Positions 34,564 to 44,740 of a stretch of DNA of 64,000 nucleotides are shown piece after piece. The notes under the pieces are model-generated. The model searched no databases and was not told the DNA's origin. It saw only the letters and a list, made by a program, of their open reading frames with translations. Origin of the DNA: Pyrinomonadaceae bacterium (GTDB lineage Bacteria > Acidobacteriota > Blastocatellia > Pyrinomonadales > Pyrinomonadaceae); contig DASVQM010000072.1 in assembly GCA_036389095.1 (NCBI GenBank), positions 25,718-89,717 on the forward strand, given 5' to 3'. The translations under genes were made by a program, and so were the position numbers. Each line of letters opens with the position of its first letter. Within the stretch, counting starts at the first letter, position 1.

Positions 34564-35207
34564 CACACGCCGCGCGCCTCCGGCCCCCATATCTGCTTGT
34601 GCATCTGCAACTGCATGCGTACATCCATCCCGCTCGCACTGATCCAGTCGGCCATCTCTTGTAGATCAACCGCGCCCCAGACGGGAGAGATGAGGACGGC
34701 CCGTGACCGCCGCTCAAGGTCGTAGCGTGCCACGACATCGCGCGCATACTCCCAGTCGGCGCGGTTTGCGACGACGAACTTGACCTCGTCCTTTTCCGCG
34801 CGCAGGCGTTCCAGATTGGGCCAATGATTGCGCTCCTCCTCGCCCGACGCGGGACATTTGACATCGAGTATGAGAGCGGCGCGCTCGTCGACCTTTTCCG
34901 TCGAGACGTATCCGCCCGTCTCGATCAAGACCTCGTATCCTTCGTCGCAGAGGCGCTCTATGAGCTTGAAGGCTTCGCGCTGGGCCAACGGCTCACCGCC
35001 CGTCACTTCCACCAGTTGACAACCCATCGCGCGCACCTCTGCCATGACCGCTTCCAGTGTCATGTGCTCGCCGCCCGTGAACGTATACTCGCTGTCACAC
35101 CAGGTACAGCGCATCGGGCAGCCCGTCAGGCGCACGAACGTGCAGGGGCGTCCCATGTGCGTTGACTCTCCCTGAATCGAGCGAAAGATTTCAGTGATAC
35201 GAAGCAT
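34563..35207 (-). CDS. queE: 7-carboxy-7-deazaguanine synthase QueE (radical SAM)
   Basis: [15 protein letters not shown] and the CxxxCxxC-type motif [11 protein letters not shown]. Confidence 0.85.
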   Translation of the reverse strand: MLRITEIFRSIQGESTHMGRPCTFVRLTGCPMRCTWCDSEYTFTGGEHMTLEAVMAEVRAMGCQLVEVTGGEPLAQREAFKLIERLCDEGYEVLIETGGYVSTEKVDERAALILDVKCPASGEEERNHWPNLERLRAEKDEVKFVVANRADWEYARDVVARYDLERRSRAVLISPVWGAVDLQEMADWISASGMDVRMQLQMHKQIWGPEARGV

Positions 35208-35486
35208 AACTTCCAAGTGCTGAGGGCGGAGAGATGAATAAGAAGAGAGAATCACTTTTAAGTTCATCCCTCATCTCTGCGGCCCTCGTCCCTGTTCTTT
35301 CATCCGCCGGAATTATCTCACGCGCGAGCGGCGTGTCAAAGCATATGGGGCGCTGAGGCTCGCGCCGTAGCAGCCGGAAGGGCTCACGAGACATCCAAGA
35401 GGGGAAACCCCTGCCGACGCGCGCCGCAAGCGCACGAGTTCGTGATAGCATAGAGAGCGATCAAGCGGTTTTTTAAGAGAACCCCC

Positions 35487-36446
35487 GTGAGCCGGACGAC
35501 CGCACAACTAGAGGAGTTGATTAACGCAGGCACGCGGCGCTTGATTGCGCGCGCCACGGATGCGCGCTCGCTCGGCGTCGAGCTGCTTGCCGGGCGCGTG
35601 CGCGCGACGCTCGACAAATATCTTTTCGCGGGTGGGGCGGAGCCTTCGGACGAGGCCATCAACCAGTTTATGGACGCTCTTCATGCCGACGATCTCTGTT
35701 TGATAGTCGCTTGCGAGCGAGGGGATGAGGGGGCTTGGAGCGAGTTGGTGGAAAGATTCGGAGTGAGTGTGCGTTCGGCTGCGCGCAGCGCCTGCTCCAA
35801 TGAAGAGATGGCCGAAGACCTGGCCCAATCCATCTGGGCCGAGTTGTATGGCTTGCGCGCGCGCGAAGCGGGACGCCCTTCCGGCAAGATAGCTTACTAC
35901 TCGGGTCGCGGGTCTCTGGGCGGCTGGCTGCGCGCCGTCGTCGGTCAGCTCGCCGTTGACCAGCATCGCAAAACTTCGCGCCTGGTGCAGACCGAAGAGG
36001 ACGCGGATTTCGATCGTCTCGCGCAGGACGCGCACAGCACGGTGGAAGGCTCAGGGATGACGGCTGCGCCGCTCGACCCTGAACAGGCGCTCTCGGAAGG
36101 ACGCGCCGCTCGTGATCTGGAAGCGGCGCTCGCGCGTGCGATTGAAGGGCTCGAAGCGGAAGATCGCCTGCTCGTCAAGCTCTACTATTTCGACGGGCTG
36201 AGATTACGTGAAGCGGGCGCAGTGCTGGGCGTTCATGAGGCGACGGCGAGCCGACGCCTCGCGCGCGTGCACACGGAGATACGCCAGAGAGTCGAAGCGA
36301 TTCTGACCAGAGAGCATGGCTGGACGCGCGAAGAGACTGCGCGCTCGCTCTCGGAAGTCGCCTCTCATCTGGACACGGACGTGCAGCTCATGCTGACGAT
36401 GGAGAAAGGCTCAGGGGAGACGCTGGAAACCAGACGCGATGAATAG
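35487..36446 (+). CDS. sigma-70 family (ECF-like) RNA polymerase sigma factor with a long N-terminal extension
   Basis: Region 2-like LAQSIWAELY and region 4 HTH LRLREAGAVLGVHEATASRRLAR. It has a GTG start. Confidence 0.7.
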   Translation: MSRTTAQLEELINAGTRRLIARATDARSLGVELLAGRVRATLDKYLFAGGAEPSDEAINQFMDALHADDLCLIVACERGDEGAWSELVERFGVSVRSAARSACSNEEMAEDLAQSIWAELYGLRAREAGRPSGKIAYYSGRGSLGGWLRAVVGQLAVDQHRKTSRLVQTEEDADFDRLAQDAHSTVEGSGMTAAPLDPEQALSEGRAARDLEAALARAIEGLEAEDRLLVKLYYFDGLRLREAGAVLGVHEATASRRLARVHTEIRQRVEAILTREHGWTREETARSLSEVASHLDTDVQLMLTMEKGSGETLETRRDE

Positions 36447-36551
36447 CCCGGCGGAAAATGTTTCAGCCCCGGAGGACGCACGCAAGCGTGAAGCGATTTG
36501 AGCGTTCTATAGACGGTCGCGCATAAGGCTTGCGCTAACAGGGCTCGTTCG

Positions 36552-37859
36552 ATGAAGTCTGATTCAAACACAGAGATGGATTTGCTGCTCCGTCGTCACG
36601 CGCGGCGCAACGTCACCTTTGCGTCCGGCGCGGGCGAAGCTGGTGCAGACAGGACTGAGACGACGAGCGTAGGGCCGCACATGGATGCGGACGAGATGAA
36701 TGCTTACGCGGAAGGCCTGGTTCCGGCGGAGACGCGCACGCGTTACGTTGAGCACCTGGCGGGCTGCGACCGTTGTCGAGCAATCGTCACCGATCTGGCG
36801 CTCGCGGCAAATGTCCCAGTCAGAGATGAGGAGCAGGTCGCGCAAACGCCGGTCACGCCGCGTAGCTCCTGGCGCGAATGGCTTGCCGCTCTCTTCGCTC
36901 CGCCCTTGATACGTTACGGCGCTGCGGCGCTCGCCCTGGTATGCGTCGCCGGAGTTGTCTTTCTGGCGCTGCGTCAACAGAAAACGCCCGGCCAGCAGGA
37001 AGCGCCCACACTCGTCGCGCAGAATAAAGAGAGCGACCCATCGCGCGCCTCGGCAGTTAAGCCTGACGCGACGCAGACGCCCGTCACAGAGGCTTCGCCC
37101 GCCGTTGTGCCCGGCGCTGAGCCCGCTCAGGCGAAGGAGAGCACGGCGAATCAGGCGGGTACGATTGCCAGCAGCCAGAATGAGAATAAAGCCGAACAAG
37201 CTAATGCGCCGCAGAATTTCGGGACGACGAGAAGTGATGCTCCTGTCGAGGCTCCGGCTGCGCCTCGTCCTTCGAGCGAGGTAGCGCCACAGCGGTCTGC
37301 GAGTGAGCCGCGCGACATGGACACTATGGCTCGAACCGCTCCGGCTGCGCCGCCTCCGCTTGCGGCCTCTCCCGGCGGCTCCGCAGGCGGAGCCCCAGAG
37401 CAGACGGCAGCGGACAGGCAGAGCCGGAATCGCACGAACAACGGCGTGACCAGAGATGAACGTGCGCCGCAATCCGGCGCGATGAGCAACACCGCTACAG
37501 TCAAAGAGACCGAAGAGGTCGTGACGCTCGGCAGGCAGTCCGCTCCGGCAACCGAAGCGCGTCGCAAATCTGCGCGCAGAGGAGAGGCGATGCGCGAGGG
37601 CGCTGATTCCAACAGCCGACCCAGCGCGGGCGCGAGGGCGAGCGAGACGCGCAGCGTCGGCGGGCGACAGTTCAGAAGAGAGGGCGGCGCGTGGATTGAC
37701 ACGGCTTATAGTCAGGGACGTGCGACCGTCAACGTGTCGCGTGGCTCGGAGCAGTATCGCGCGCTCGTCGCAGACGAACCCGGCCTTCGCTCCATCGCCG
37801 AGCAGCTCGGAGGCGAGTTGATAGTAGTCTGGAAAGGCAGGGCCTATCGCATTCATTGA
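36552..37859 (+). CDS. anti-sigma factor (zf-HC2) with one TM helix and a Pro/Ala-rich periplasmic region
   Basis: HLAGCDRCRAIV motif and the TM segment AAALALVCVAGVVFLAL. It lies directly downstream of the sigma factor gene. Confidence 0.7.
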   Translation: MKSDSNTEMDLLLRRHARRNVTFASGAGEAGADRTETTSVGPHMDADEMNAYAEGLVPAETRTRYVEHLAGCDRCRAIVTDLALAANVPVRDEEQVAQTPVTPRSSWREWLAALFAPPLIRYGAAALALVCVAGVVFLALRQQKTPGQQEAPTLVAQNKESDPSRASAVKPDATQTPVTEASPAVVPGAEPAQAKESTANQAGTIASSQNENKAEQANAPQNFGTTRSDAPVEAPAAPRPSSEVAPQRSASEPRDMDTMARTAPAAPPPLAASPGGSAGGAPEQTAADRQSRNRTNNGVTRDERAPQSGAMSNTATVKETEEVVTLGRQSAPATEARRKSARRGEAMREGADSNSRPSAGARASETRSVGGRQFRREGGAWIDTAYSQGRATVNVSRGSEQYRALVADEPGLRSIAEQLGGELIVVWKGRAYRIH

Positions 37860-38023
37860 GCGCTTTGGACTGAAACCCCCGGCGCTTCTCTCATACACCC
37901 TCTTTTTATCCTGCCGCAGCCCTTTTGAGATTGATTCCGTGCACCGCTTCACGTTAACTTAAAGGCGTTCCCTAACACACAGGTCTTCCGCCGATCCCGT
38001 CCTGGAAGGAGTTCAGACTGTTT

Positions 38024-39499
38024 ATGTCAAGCATACTCTTGGCCGTTCGCACGCGCCTCGTCGCCGTCCTTATCTTCACGCTCTCCGCGACGCTCGTCGC
38101 TTGGCCCAACACCAGTGCACGCGCGCAGAACTCTCAACAAAGAGGCGCGACCCAGCGTCGAAGAGGGAGAGCGCCACTTCCGGCACGCAGCAGCAGCAGC
38201 GGCGTGCGCCGCCCGGAGATTGCGCGCATCCTTTCCGCGATAGACGCGCGAAACATTGAGCGCACGATACGCAAGCTCGTCTCGTTCGGGACGCGCAATA
38301 CGCTCTCGGCCCAGGACAACCCTGCGCGCGGCATCGGCGCGGCGCGCGACTGGCTCTTCGAGGAGTATCAAAGGATAGCGGCGCAGACCAACGGGCGCAT
38401 GAAGGTCGAGAAGCAGTCTTATCTACAGGAGGCCATGCCGCCGCCGCAGGGCCGCGTCCCTCAGCCGACCGTCATCACCAACGTCGTCGCCACGCTCAGA
38501 GGCACACAGCCCGCCTCCGAAGGCCGACTATACGTCGTCAGCGGTCATTACGATTCGATGTGTACGAGCCCGACCGATGCCGTGTGCGATGCGCCGGGCG
38601 CAAACGATGACGCGTCGGGCACGGCGGCCGTGCTTGAGATGGCGCGGGCGATGTCTAAGTACGAGTTCGATGCGACGCTGGTTTTCATGGCCGTGGCGGG
38701 CGAAGAACAGAGCCTGCTCGGCTCGACCTATTTCGCGGAGCAGGCGAAACAGAAGGGCTGGAATATCGCGGCGATGTTCACCAATGACATCGTCGGCAAT
38801 ACGCTCGGCGGCAACGGCGTGCGTGATCGTCAAACTGTGCGCGTCTTTTCCGAAGGCGTGCCGTCGAACGAGACGGAGCCGGAAGCGCGTACGCGCCGCA
38901 GCGTCGGCGGCGAGAATGATTCCGCCTCGCGCCAGCTCGCTCGCTTTATCAAAGAGGTCGGCTCGCTCTACATGCCGGGCTTCAAGGTGATGATGGTTTA
39001 CCGGCGCGACCGCTACCTGCGCGGCGGCGATCACATTCCCTTCCTTGAGCGCGGCTACCCGGCTGTGCGTTTCACGGAGCCTAACGAAGAGTATCGTCAC
39101 CAGCACCAGAACGTGCGCGTCGAGAACGGAGTCCAGTACGGCGACCTGCCGCAGTTCGTTGATTTCGCTTACGTCGCGCAGGTGGCGCGCATCAATGCCG
39201 CCTCTCTCGCCTCTCTCGCTCTAGCGCCCGCCGCGCCCAAGGATGTCGGCATCCTGACCACGCGCCTGACCAACGACACGGACTTAAAGTGGGAGGCCAA
39301 TACAGAGCCGGACTTGGCCGGTTACGAGGTGGTCTGGCGCGAGACGACCGAGCCCACCTGGACAGGGGCGCGCATGGTCGGAAACCTGACGACCTACACC
39401 ATGCCGGGCATGTCCAAGGACAACTATTTTTTCGGCGTCCGCGCAGTGGATAGGGACGGCAATCGCAGCCCCGTGAGCTATCCCAGGCCCGTACGCTAA
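38024..39499 (+). CDS. M28-family aminopeptidase with a C-terminal FN3-like domain
   Basis: GHYDS, GANDDASGTA and AGEEQSLLGS metal-ligand contexts. The C-terminus has DLAGYEVVWRET...FGVRAVDRDGNRSP. Confidence 0.8.
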   Translation: MSSILLAVRTRLVAVLIFTLSATLVAWPNTSARAQNSQQRGATQRRRGRAPLPARSSSSGVRRPEIARILSAIDARNIERTIRKLVSFGTRNTLSAQDNPARGIGAARDWLFEEYQRIAAQTNGRMKVEKQSYLQEAMPPPQGRVPQPTVITNVVATLRGTQPASEGRLYVVSGHYDSMCTSPTDAVCDAPGANDDASGTAAVLEMARAMSKYEFDATLVFMAVAGEEQSLLGSTYFAEQAKQKGWNIAAMFTNDIVGNTLGGNGVRDRQTVRVFSEGVPSNETEPEARTRRSVGGENDSASRQLARFIKEVGSLYMPGFKVMMVYRRDRYLRGGDHIPFLERGYPAVRFTEPNEEYRHQHQNVRVENGVQYGDLPQFVDFAYVAQVARINAASLASLALAPAAPKDVGILTTRLTNDTDLKWEANTEPDLAGYEVVWRETTEPTWTGARMVGNLTTYTMPGMSKDNYFFGVRAVDRDGNRSPVSYPRPVR

Positions 39500-39680
39500 A
39501 GCTCAGGGCAAATATTTTCGGTGGGCGCGGCCACTTCAAGACGAAGCGCCGCGCCCCGAAGTTTTTTTCTCAAACCCTTTGCCCGGCCCGCGCGTCTAAG
39601 TTATGGCACAGACGAGCGTAGGGATTTCACGGCCTCGCCCCCGAAGCTGCTTAAGCTATCAACATCCAAATGGTGCTGTT

Positions 39681-41807
39681 ATGAAGCCTTTTAAAAGCGA
39701 ATTTCGTTCATTTACTCTGGCGGTGCGCTGCGCGGTGGCGCTGCTCTCGATGCTCGCGGTCGTTTCCGGCACGTTTGTCGTCGGAGCGAGCACAGGGCAA
39801 CAGAAGCAACGACTGGGTGAAGATCAACGTATCCTGCACGTCCTCAATCGCCTGGGGTTCGGCGCGCGCCCCGGTGATGTGGAGCGTGTGCGCGCCATGG
39901 GGCTGGAGAATTACATTCGCCAGCAGCTTGAGCCGGAGAAGATCGCGGACGCGACGGCGGAAGCTAAAGTGCGCGACCTGCGGACGCTCTCGCTCTCGAC
40001 CGCCGAGCTGTATGCGAAGTACCCGCAGCCGGGACAGCTCCTGCGACAGCTTGAGCGAAGGGGCGAGCTTCCGCCGGAGCTGGCGGCGCTGCGCGACAGC
40101 CGCGTCAAGGGCAAGGATGGGGCGGCGACCTCTGCGGCTGCTGCCACCGCCGCTGCTGCGCCAGCCAGAGCTGACGGCGCGCAGGCGGGTATGATGGCCG
40201 GGCCGGAGAGAGCCGCGCAGCCCGCAGCGGGCGAAGCGGCACGGCCCGAAGATAATCAGGAGAATCGCAGGCTCATACGCGATTACATGTTGAGGAACGG
40301 ACTGCAACTGCCGCAGCGCATCGTGGCCGAGTTGCAGGCTTCGCGCATCCTGAGAGCCGTCTACAGCGAGCGGCAGTTGCAGGAAGTGATGGTTGATTTC
40401 TGGACTAACCACTTCAACGTCTTCGCCGGCAAGGGCGCTGATCGCTGGCTGCTGGTCTCCTACGACCGCGACACGATTCGCCCGCACACGATGGGGAAAT
40501 TCCAGGAGCTGTTAGTGGCGACGGCGCAGAGCCCAGCCATGCTCTTCTACCTCGACAATTATCAGAGCGTGAGCCCGAATGCGCCTCGACGCGGCGCTCG
40601 CCAGGGCGGACGGCGCGACCTCATCCCGGATCAGATGATGCGCGGCGGCGCTCGCCCTCGTCGCCAGGATGTGAATCCCAACGCGGGAGGAGAGCAGCGT
40701 CGGCCCGGCGCAACAGATCAGAATATGGCGCAGCGCCCGCAACCGCAGGCCGCCCAGCAGCAGCCGCGGCGGCGGCGCGGCATCAACGAGAATTACGCGC
40801 GGGAGCTGATGGAGCTGCACACGCTCGGCGTTGACGGCGGCTATACGCAGAAGGACGTGCAGGAGGTTGCGCGCTGCTTCACGGGTTGGACGATTATTAA
40901 CCCTCGCGGCTATCGCGGCGATGGCGGGATGGCGGGCGAGGCCGGGACGTTCTCTTTCAACGCGCGCCAGCACGACGACGGCGAGAAGACTGTGCTCGGC
41001 CACAAGATTCCTGCGGGCGGCGGGATGAAGGACGGGCTCATGGTGCTAGACATCCTCGCGCATCATCCCTCGACGGCGAAGTTCATCGCAACCAAGCTCG
41101 CGCGCCGTTTCGTGATGGACGAACCGACGCCTCAACTGGTCGAGCGCACGGCGGCTGCTTTCACGCGCAGCAACGGCGATATACGCGAGACGTTGCGCGC
41201 GCTGTTCGCTTCGCCGGAGTTCAATTCGCCCGCGAGCTACCGCGCCAAGATCAAGACGCCTTTCGAGCTGGCGGTCAGCGCCGTGCGTACGCTCGGCGGC
41301 GAGACCAACGGCGGGCCTTCGATTCACCAGTGGATAAGCAGGATGGGCGAGCCGCTCTACGGTTATCAAGCGCCGACGGGCTACCCCGAAAGGGCTGAGA
41401 ACTGGGTCAACACGGGCGCGCTTCTTGAGCGCTTGAACTTCGGGCTGGCGCTGGCGAGCAATCGCATTCCGGGCACACGCGTTGACCTCTCTCGTTTCAC
41501 AGGCGCGACGACGAGCCCCGCCGAGACGCCGAAGATAATGGAACGCTTCCTGGACGTGATCGTGCAGGGAGACATCTCGCCGCAGACGAAGGCAACGCTC
41601 CTGAAGCAACTGAGCGAGCCTGCGCCAGCGGCGGCAGCTTCCGGCGCTGCCGAGATGAACAGCGTCTCTGACGCCGCAGCCACGGGACGCGGGCGCAGAC
41701 GCGAGCAGCGAGAGCTGGCGCGCGCCAATATGGGAAGCATCAGCAACCCGGAGATAGTTAAAGTGGTCGGCCTGATTTTAGGCTCGCCAGAGTTTCAAAG
41801 GCAGTGA
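39681..41807 (+). CDS. DUF1800 family protein
   Basis: HVLNRLGFGARPGD, FWTNHFNV and ELHTLGVDGGYTQKDV are typical of DUF1800, and it is paired with DUF1501. Confidence 0.8.
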   Translation: MKPFKSEFRSFTLAVRCAVALLSMLAVVSGTFVVGASTGQQKQRLGEDQRILHVLNRLGFGARPGDVERVRAMGLENYIRQQLEPEKIADATAEAKVRDLRTLSLSTAELYAKYPQPGQLLRQLERRGELPPELAALRDSRVKGKDGAATSAAAATAAAAPARADGAQAGMMAGPERAAQPAAGEAARPEDNQENRRLIRDYMLRNGLQLPQRIVAELQASRILRAVYSERQLQEVMVDFWTNHFNVFAGKGADRWLLVSYDRDTIRPHTMGKFQELLVATAQSPAMLFYLDNYQSVSPNAPRRGARQGGRRDLIPDQMMRGGARPRRQDVNPNAGGEQRRPGATDQNMAQRPQPQAAQQQPRRRRGINENYARELMELHTLGVDGGYTQKDVQEVARCFTGWTIINPRGYRGDGGMAGEAGTFSFNARQHDDGEKTVLGHKIPAGGGMKDGLMVLDILAHHPSTAKFIATKLARRFVMDEPTPQLVERTAAAFTRSNGDIRETLRALFASPEFNSPASYRAKIKTPFELAVSAVRTLGGETNGGPSIHQWISRMGEPLYGYQAPTGYPERAENWVNTGALLERLNFGLALASNRIPGTRVDLSRFTGATTSPAETPKIMERFLDVIVQGDISPQTKATLLKQLSEPAPAAAASGAAEMNSVSDAAATGRGRRREQRELARANMGSISNPEIVKVVGLILGSPEFQRQ

Positions 41808-41884
41808 CGAGTAAAGAGATGAGTAACGAGTGATGAGCTGAAGCCTTTTTCTTTCTCGTCACTCGTCACTTGTCCCTCGTCACT
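41804..41884. repeat. heptamer-based hairpin element (GTGACGA family), overlapping the DUF1800 stop codon
   Basis: GTGACGAGTAAAGAGATGAGTAACGAGTGATGAG...TCTCGTCACTCGTCACTTGTCCCTCGTCAC. Confidence 0.8.
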
Positions 41885-41904
41885 GTTTTGAGAGGTGTGG
41901 AGTG

Positions 41905-43185
41905 ATGGGTATCAATCGAAGATTTTTCCTGAAGTCGGGCGGCATCGCGCTCGCCAGTCTGGGGCTCGCGCAGGCAGCACCATCTTTTCTTGAGCGTGTC
42001 GTGCTCGCGCAGGGGGGCAGCCGCCAGGCGGGCGCTCGTCGCAAGACGCTGATCACGATCTTTCAGCGCGGCGCGGTGGATGGGCTCAACATGGTCGTGC
42101 CGCACGGCGAGCGTGCCTATTACGAGATGCGCCCGGCGCTCGCCATCGCCAGGCCGTCGCGCGGCACGACGACGAGTGATGAGGCGATTGACCTCGACGG
42201 ATTCTTCGGCCTGCATCCGGTGCTCGCGCCCTTCAAGCCTCTATGGGATGCGAAGCGACTGGTGATTGTCGAGGCCGTCGGCTCGCCCGACAGCACTCGC
42301 TCGCACTTCGACGCGCAGGATTACATGGAGTCCGGCACGCCCGGGAGAAAGGCAACAGAAGACGGCTGGCTCAATCGCCTCTTGCAGTCGCAGCCGCGCT
42401 CAGGTGCGTCGCCTTTTCGCGCCGTCTCGATGACGCAGAACATGCCGCGCGCTTTGCAGGGTCGCGCTCCGGCGCTCGCCATCAGCAACCTGGCGGACTT
42501 CACCGTGCGCGCCGGACAGTATTCGGCGAGCGTGCAGGGTGGCTTTGAGGCCATCTACGATCAGGGCGTGGCGGATGTGCTGCGCGGGACGGGCAAGGAG
42601 ACCTTCGAGGCCGTCAACTTTTTGAAGAGGGTCAACCCGTCGCAGTACAAACCGGAAAACGGCGCGCAGTACCCGCGCGGGCAGTTCGGCAATTCCCTGC
42701 TACAGATCGCGCAGTTGATCAAGGCGGAGGTCGGGCTCGAAGTCGCCTTCACGGACGTGGGCGGCTGGGACACGCACGTTAACCAGGGCAACGCGCGCGG
42801 ACAACTCGCGCTGCGTTTGCAGGAGTTCGGCGCGGGCATCGCGGCGCTTGCACGCGACCTGGGCCAACGCATGGACGATGTGTTGATTCTGACGATGTCT
42901 GAGTTTGGGCGTACCGTCCGCGAGAACGGCAATCGCGGCACAGACCACGGCCACGCCAACGCGATGTTTGTGATCGGCAACAGCGTGAGAGGTGGACGCG
43001 TCTACGGCGATTGGCCGGGCCTCAGGAACGATCAGCTATACGAGGGCCGCGACCTGGCTTTGACCACGGACTTCCGCGATGTTTTCGGCGAATTGGCCCG
43101 TAAGCATCTGGGCAACTCCAACCTTCCGGCGGTCTTTCCGGGCTATGCTTCAAGCGAGGCGAAGTTTCGCGGCCTGCTGGGCTAA
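41905..43185 (+). CDS. DUF1501 family (sulfatase-like) protein with a Tat signal
   Basis: MGINRRFFLKSGGIALASLGLAQA, plus SEFGRT...NGNRGTDHGH. Confidence 0.8.
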   Translation: MGINRRFFLKSGGIALASLGLAQAAPSFLERVVLAQGGSRQAGARRKTLITIFQRGAVDGLNMVVPHGERAYYEMRPALAIARPSRGTTTSDEAIDLDGFFGLHPVLAPFKPLWDAKRLVIVEAVGSPDSTRSHFDAQDYMESGTPGRKATEDGWLNRLLQSQPRSGASPFRAVSMTQNMPRALQGRAPALAISNLADFTVRAGQYSASVQGGFEAIYDQGVADVLRGTGKETFEAVNFLKRVNPSQYKPENGAQYPRGQFGNSLLQIAQLIKAEVGLEVAFTDVGGWDTHVNQGNARGQLALRLQEFGAGIAALARDLGQRMDDVLILTMSEFGRTVRENGNRGTDHGHANAMFVIGNSVRGGRVYGDWPGLRNDQLYEGRDLALTTDFRDVFGELARKHLGNSNLPAVFPGYASSEAKFRGLLG

Positions 43186-43210
43186 CAGCAAAATTTCCAT
43201 CAAGTGAAAT

Positions 43211-43258
43211 AGAGAGGGCCGTCGTTTTAAGATTAAACGATGGCCCTCTCTGTTTTTC
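43211..43258 (+). terminator. rho-independent terminator after the DUF1501 gene
   Basis: AGAGAGGGCCGTCGTTT-taagatt-AAACGATGGCCCTCTCT followed by GTTTTTCTT. Confidence 0.75.
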
Positions 43259-43388
43259 TTCTCTCTCTAAAGCAAGCTGCCGAGCGCAATGCGTTGGCCC
43301 GCACGATGGCTCGCAGTGTTGAAGTGAGCCATCGGGTAAAACATCCCGGCGGCCAATGCCTGCGCCATAGTTCCAGAGCGCGCCCGCC

Positions 43389-43661
43389 TTAGCTTTGCGG
43401 GCAAAATCCATCCATCGCCTGCACGAACAACTTAATGACATCCTTCCACTTCTTGGGAATAAACGGAGTGCCGGCGACAAGCAGCAGGATGGGTCTGACC
43501 ACTCCGTATATCTCACAGACGTTGACATTGGGCGCGGCCATCGCCTGGGGGCCTCTAGTGCCACGGGTCGTGCCGCGCTTCGCCGCCGCCTTGAGGGCTG
43601 AGAGGTCAGCGTTATTGACGAGCTTGTCTACTTGTTCAAAGGACTGCATTGGGGTTGACAT
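43389..43661 (-). CDS. small hypothetical protein (90 aa)
   Basis: The only plausible ORF in this gap. No motif recognised. Confidence 0.3.
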   Translation of the reverse strand: MSTPMQSFEQVDKLVNNADLSALKAAAKRGTTRGTRGPQAMAAPNVNVCEIYGVVRPILLLVAGTPFIPKKWKDVIKLFVQAMDGFCPQS

Positions 43662-43935
43662 CTGAGTTCCTCCGTAGGGTGTGTTATGAGAGTTTTGATT
43701 TTATGGGCCCACCGGAAAGCAAGCCCTGATCAACGACATCTGTCTCAAACGGGCCGAGGAAGAAAAGCTCTCGCCCGCCGGAGCGCGAGCAGTAAGCCGT
43801 CGTGAAGAACAGGCACGACTTTATGCCCGGGCGGGTTTAGCAGTCAAGAATTTTTTTAGTCTCGATCCGCCTCCATCGTCTCTGGCGCGTATGCGAAAGA
43901 TCAAGAGCCCTACGATTCACGCTCTGATGCTCCTT

Positions 43936-44607
43936 TTACCACCTGACCCGCCCGAAGCGATTGATGAAATAGAGCATCGCCGTGGCGATGAGCGAGACGA
44001 TGACGGCGAGCATGAAGGCTTCGTTATCGCGCCCGGCCTGCGCGGCGTCGTAGATGGCGACTGATGCCGTCTGCGTTTTGCCGGGGATGTTTCCGGCGAT
44101 CATGATCGTGACGCCGAAATCGCCCAGCGCGCGGGCGAAGGCGAGCGCCGTCGCCGCCAGCACGCCGCGCCAGGCGAGCGGCAGAGTGACGCGAAAGAAG
44201 ATACGCCGACCGCTCAGGCCGAGAGTGCGCGCCGCCGCTTCCAACTGCGTATCAACGCTCTCGAAAGCGACCCGCAGGCTCTTGGTGACGAGCGGCAGGG
44301 CGTGAATGGTTGCGGCGATGACGGCTGCCGTGACGGTGAAGGTCAGGCGAATGCCGAAGCGTTGATAGAGAAAGCCGCCGAAGAAAGAGCGCGTGCCGAG
44401 GAGCACAAGCAGGTAGTAGCCGAGCACTGTCGGCGGCAGCACGAGCGGCAGCGTCACCAGCGCATCCAAAAGGTCGCGTCCGGGAAAACGCTTGCGCGCC
44501 AGCAGCCAGGCGAGCGCCGACCCGGCGACGAGAGCGATCAAAGTGGCCACGCTCGCCACGGCGAATGAAAGCCTGATGGGGAACCAATCAATCTCGCTTC
44601 CACTCAT
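43936..44607 (-). CDS. modB: molybdate ABC transporter permease ModB (CysT/ModB family)
   Basis: 223 aa, five or six TM helices, and an EAA-loop-like LEAAARTLG...FFRVTLP. Confidence 0.75.
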   Translation of the reverse strand: MSGSEIDWFPIRLSFAVASVATLIALVAGSALAWLLARKRFPGRDLLDALVTLPLVLPPTVLGYYLLVLLGTRSFFGGFLYQRFGIRLTFTVTAAVIAATIHALPLVTKSLRVAFESVDTQLEAAARTLGLSGRRIFFRVTLPLAWRGVLAATALAFARALGDFGVTIMIAGNIPGKTQTASVAIYDAAQAGRDNEAFMLAVIVSLIATAMLYFINRFGRVRW

Positions 44608-44613
44608 AAGGCA

Positions 44614-44732
44614 AATTTAACAGTGAGGGACAGAGATGGTCAGGATAAAGACAGAAAGCAGGATGAAAGATAAAAGCAGTGCTTGCTGAATTGCTCATCG
44701 CTCTTTCTTTATCCTGTCCATCCCTGTTAATT
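44614..44732. repeat. 118-bp MITE/REP-like element with imperfect terminal inverted repeats (copy 1)
   Basis: AATTTAACAGTGAGGGACAG...TTATCCTGTCCATCCCTGTTAATT. The 25-mer TTATCCTGTCCATCCCTGTTAATTC is identical to 61718-61742. Confidence 0.8.
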
Positions 44733-44740
44733 CCTTTCCG

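Noticed and set aside
35208-35486. preQ1 riboswitch upstream of queE-queC
   Set aside because: I could not find the preQ1-I/II consensus (short P1 stem plus an A-rich ACUA tail) on the minus strand. Only generic hairpins are present.
36564-37952. Long antisense ORFs in the GC-rich part. Examples are 36564-37952, 27187-28065, 39708-40487, 45790-46647, 47272-48018, 57384-58094, 58413-59462 and 60010-60822.
   Set aside because: They are Arg/Ala/Gly-rich shadow ORFs opposite genes with clear family motifs. This is the typical high-GC artefact.
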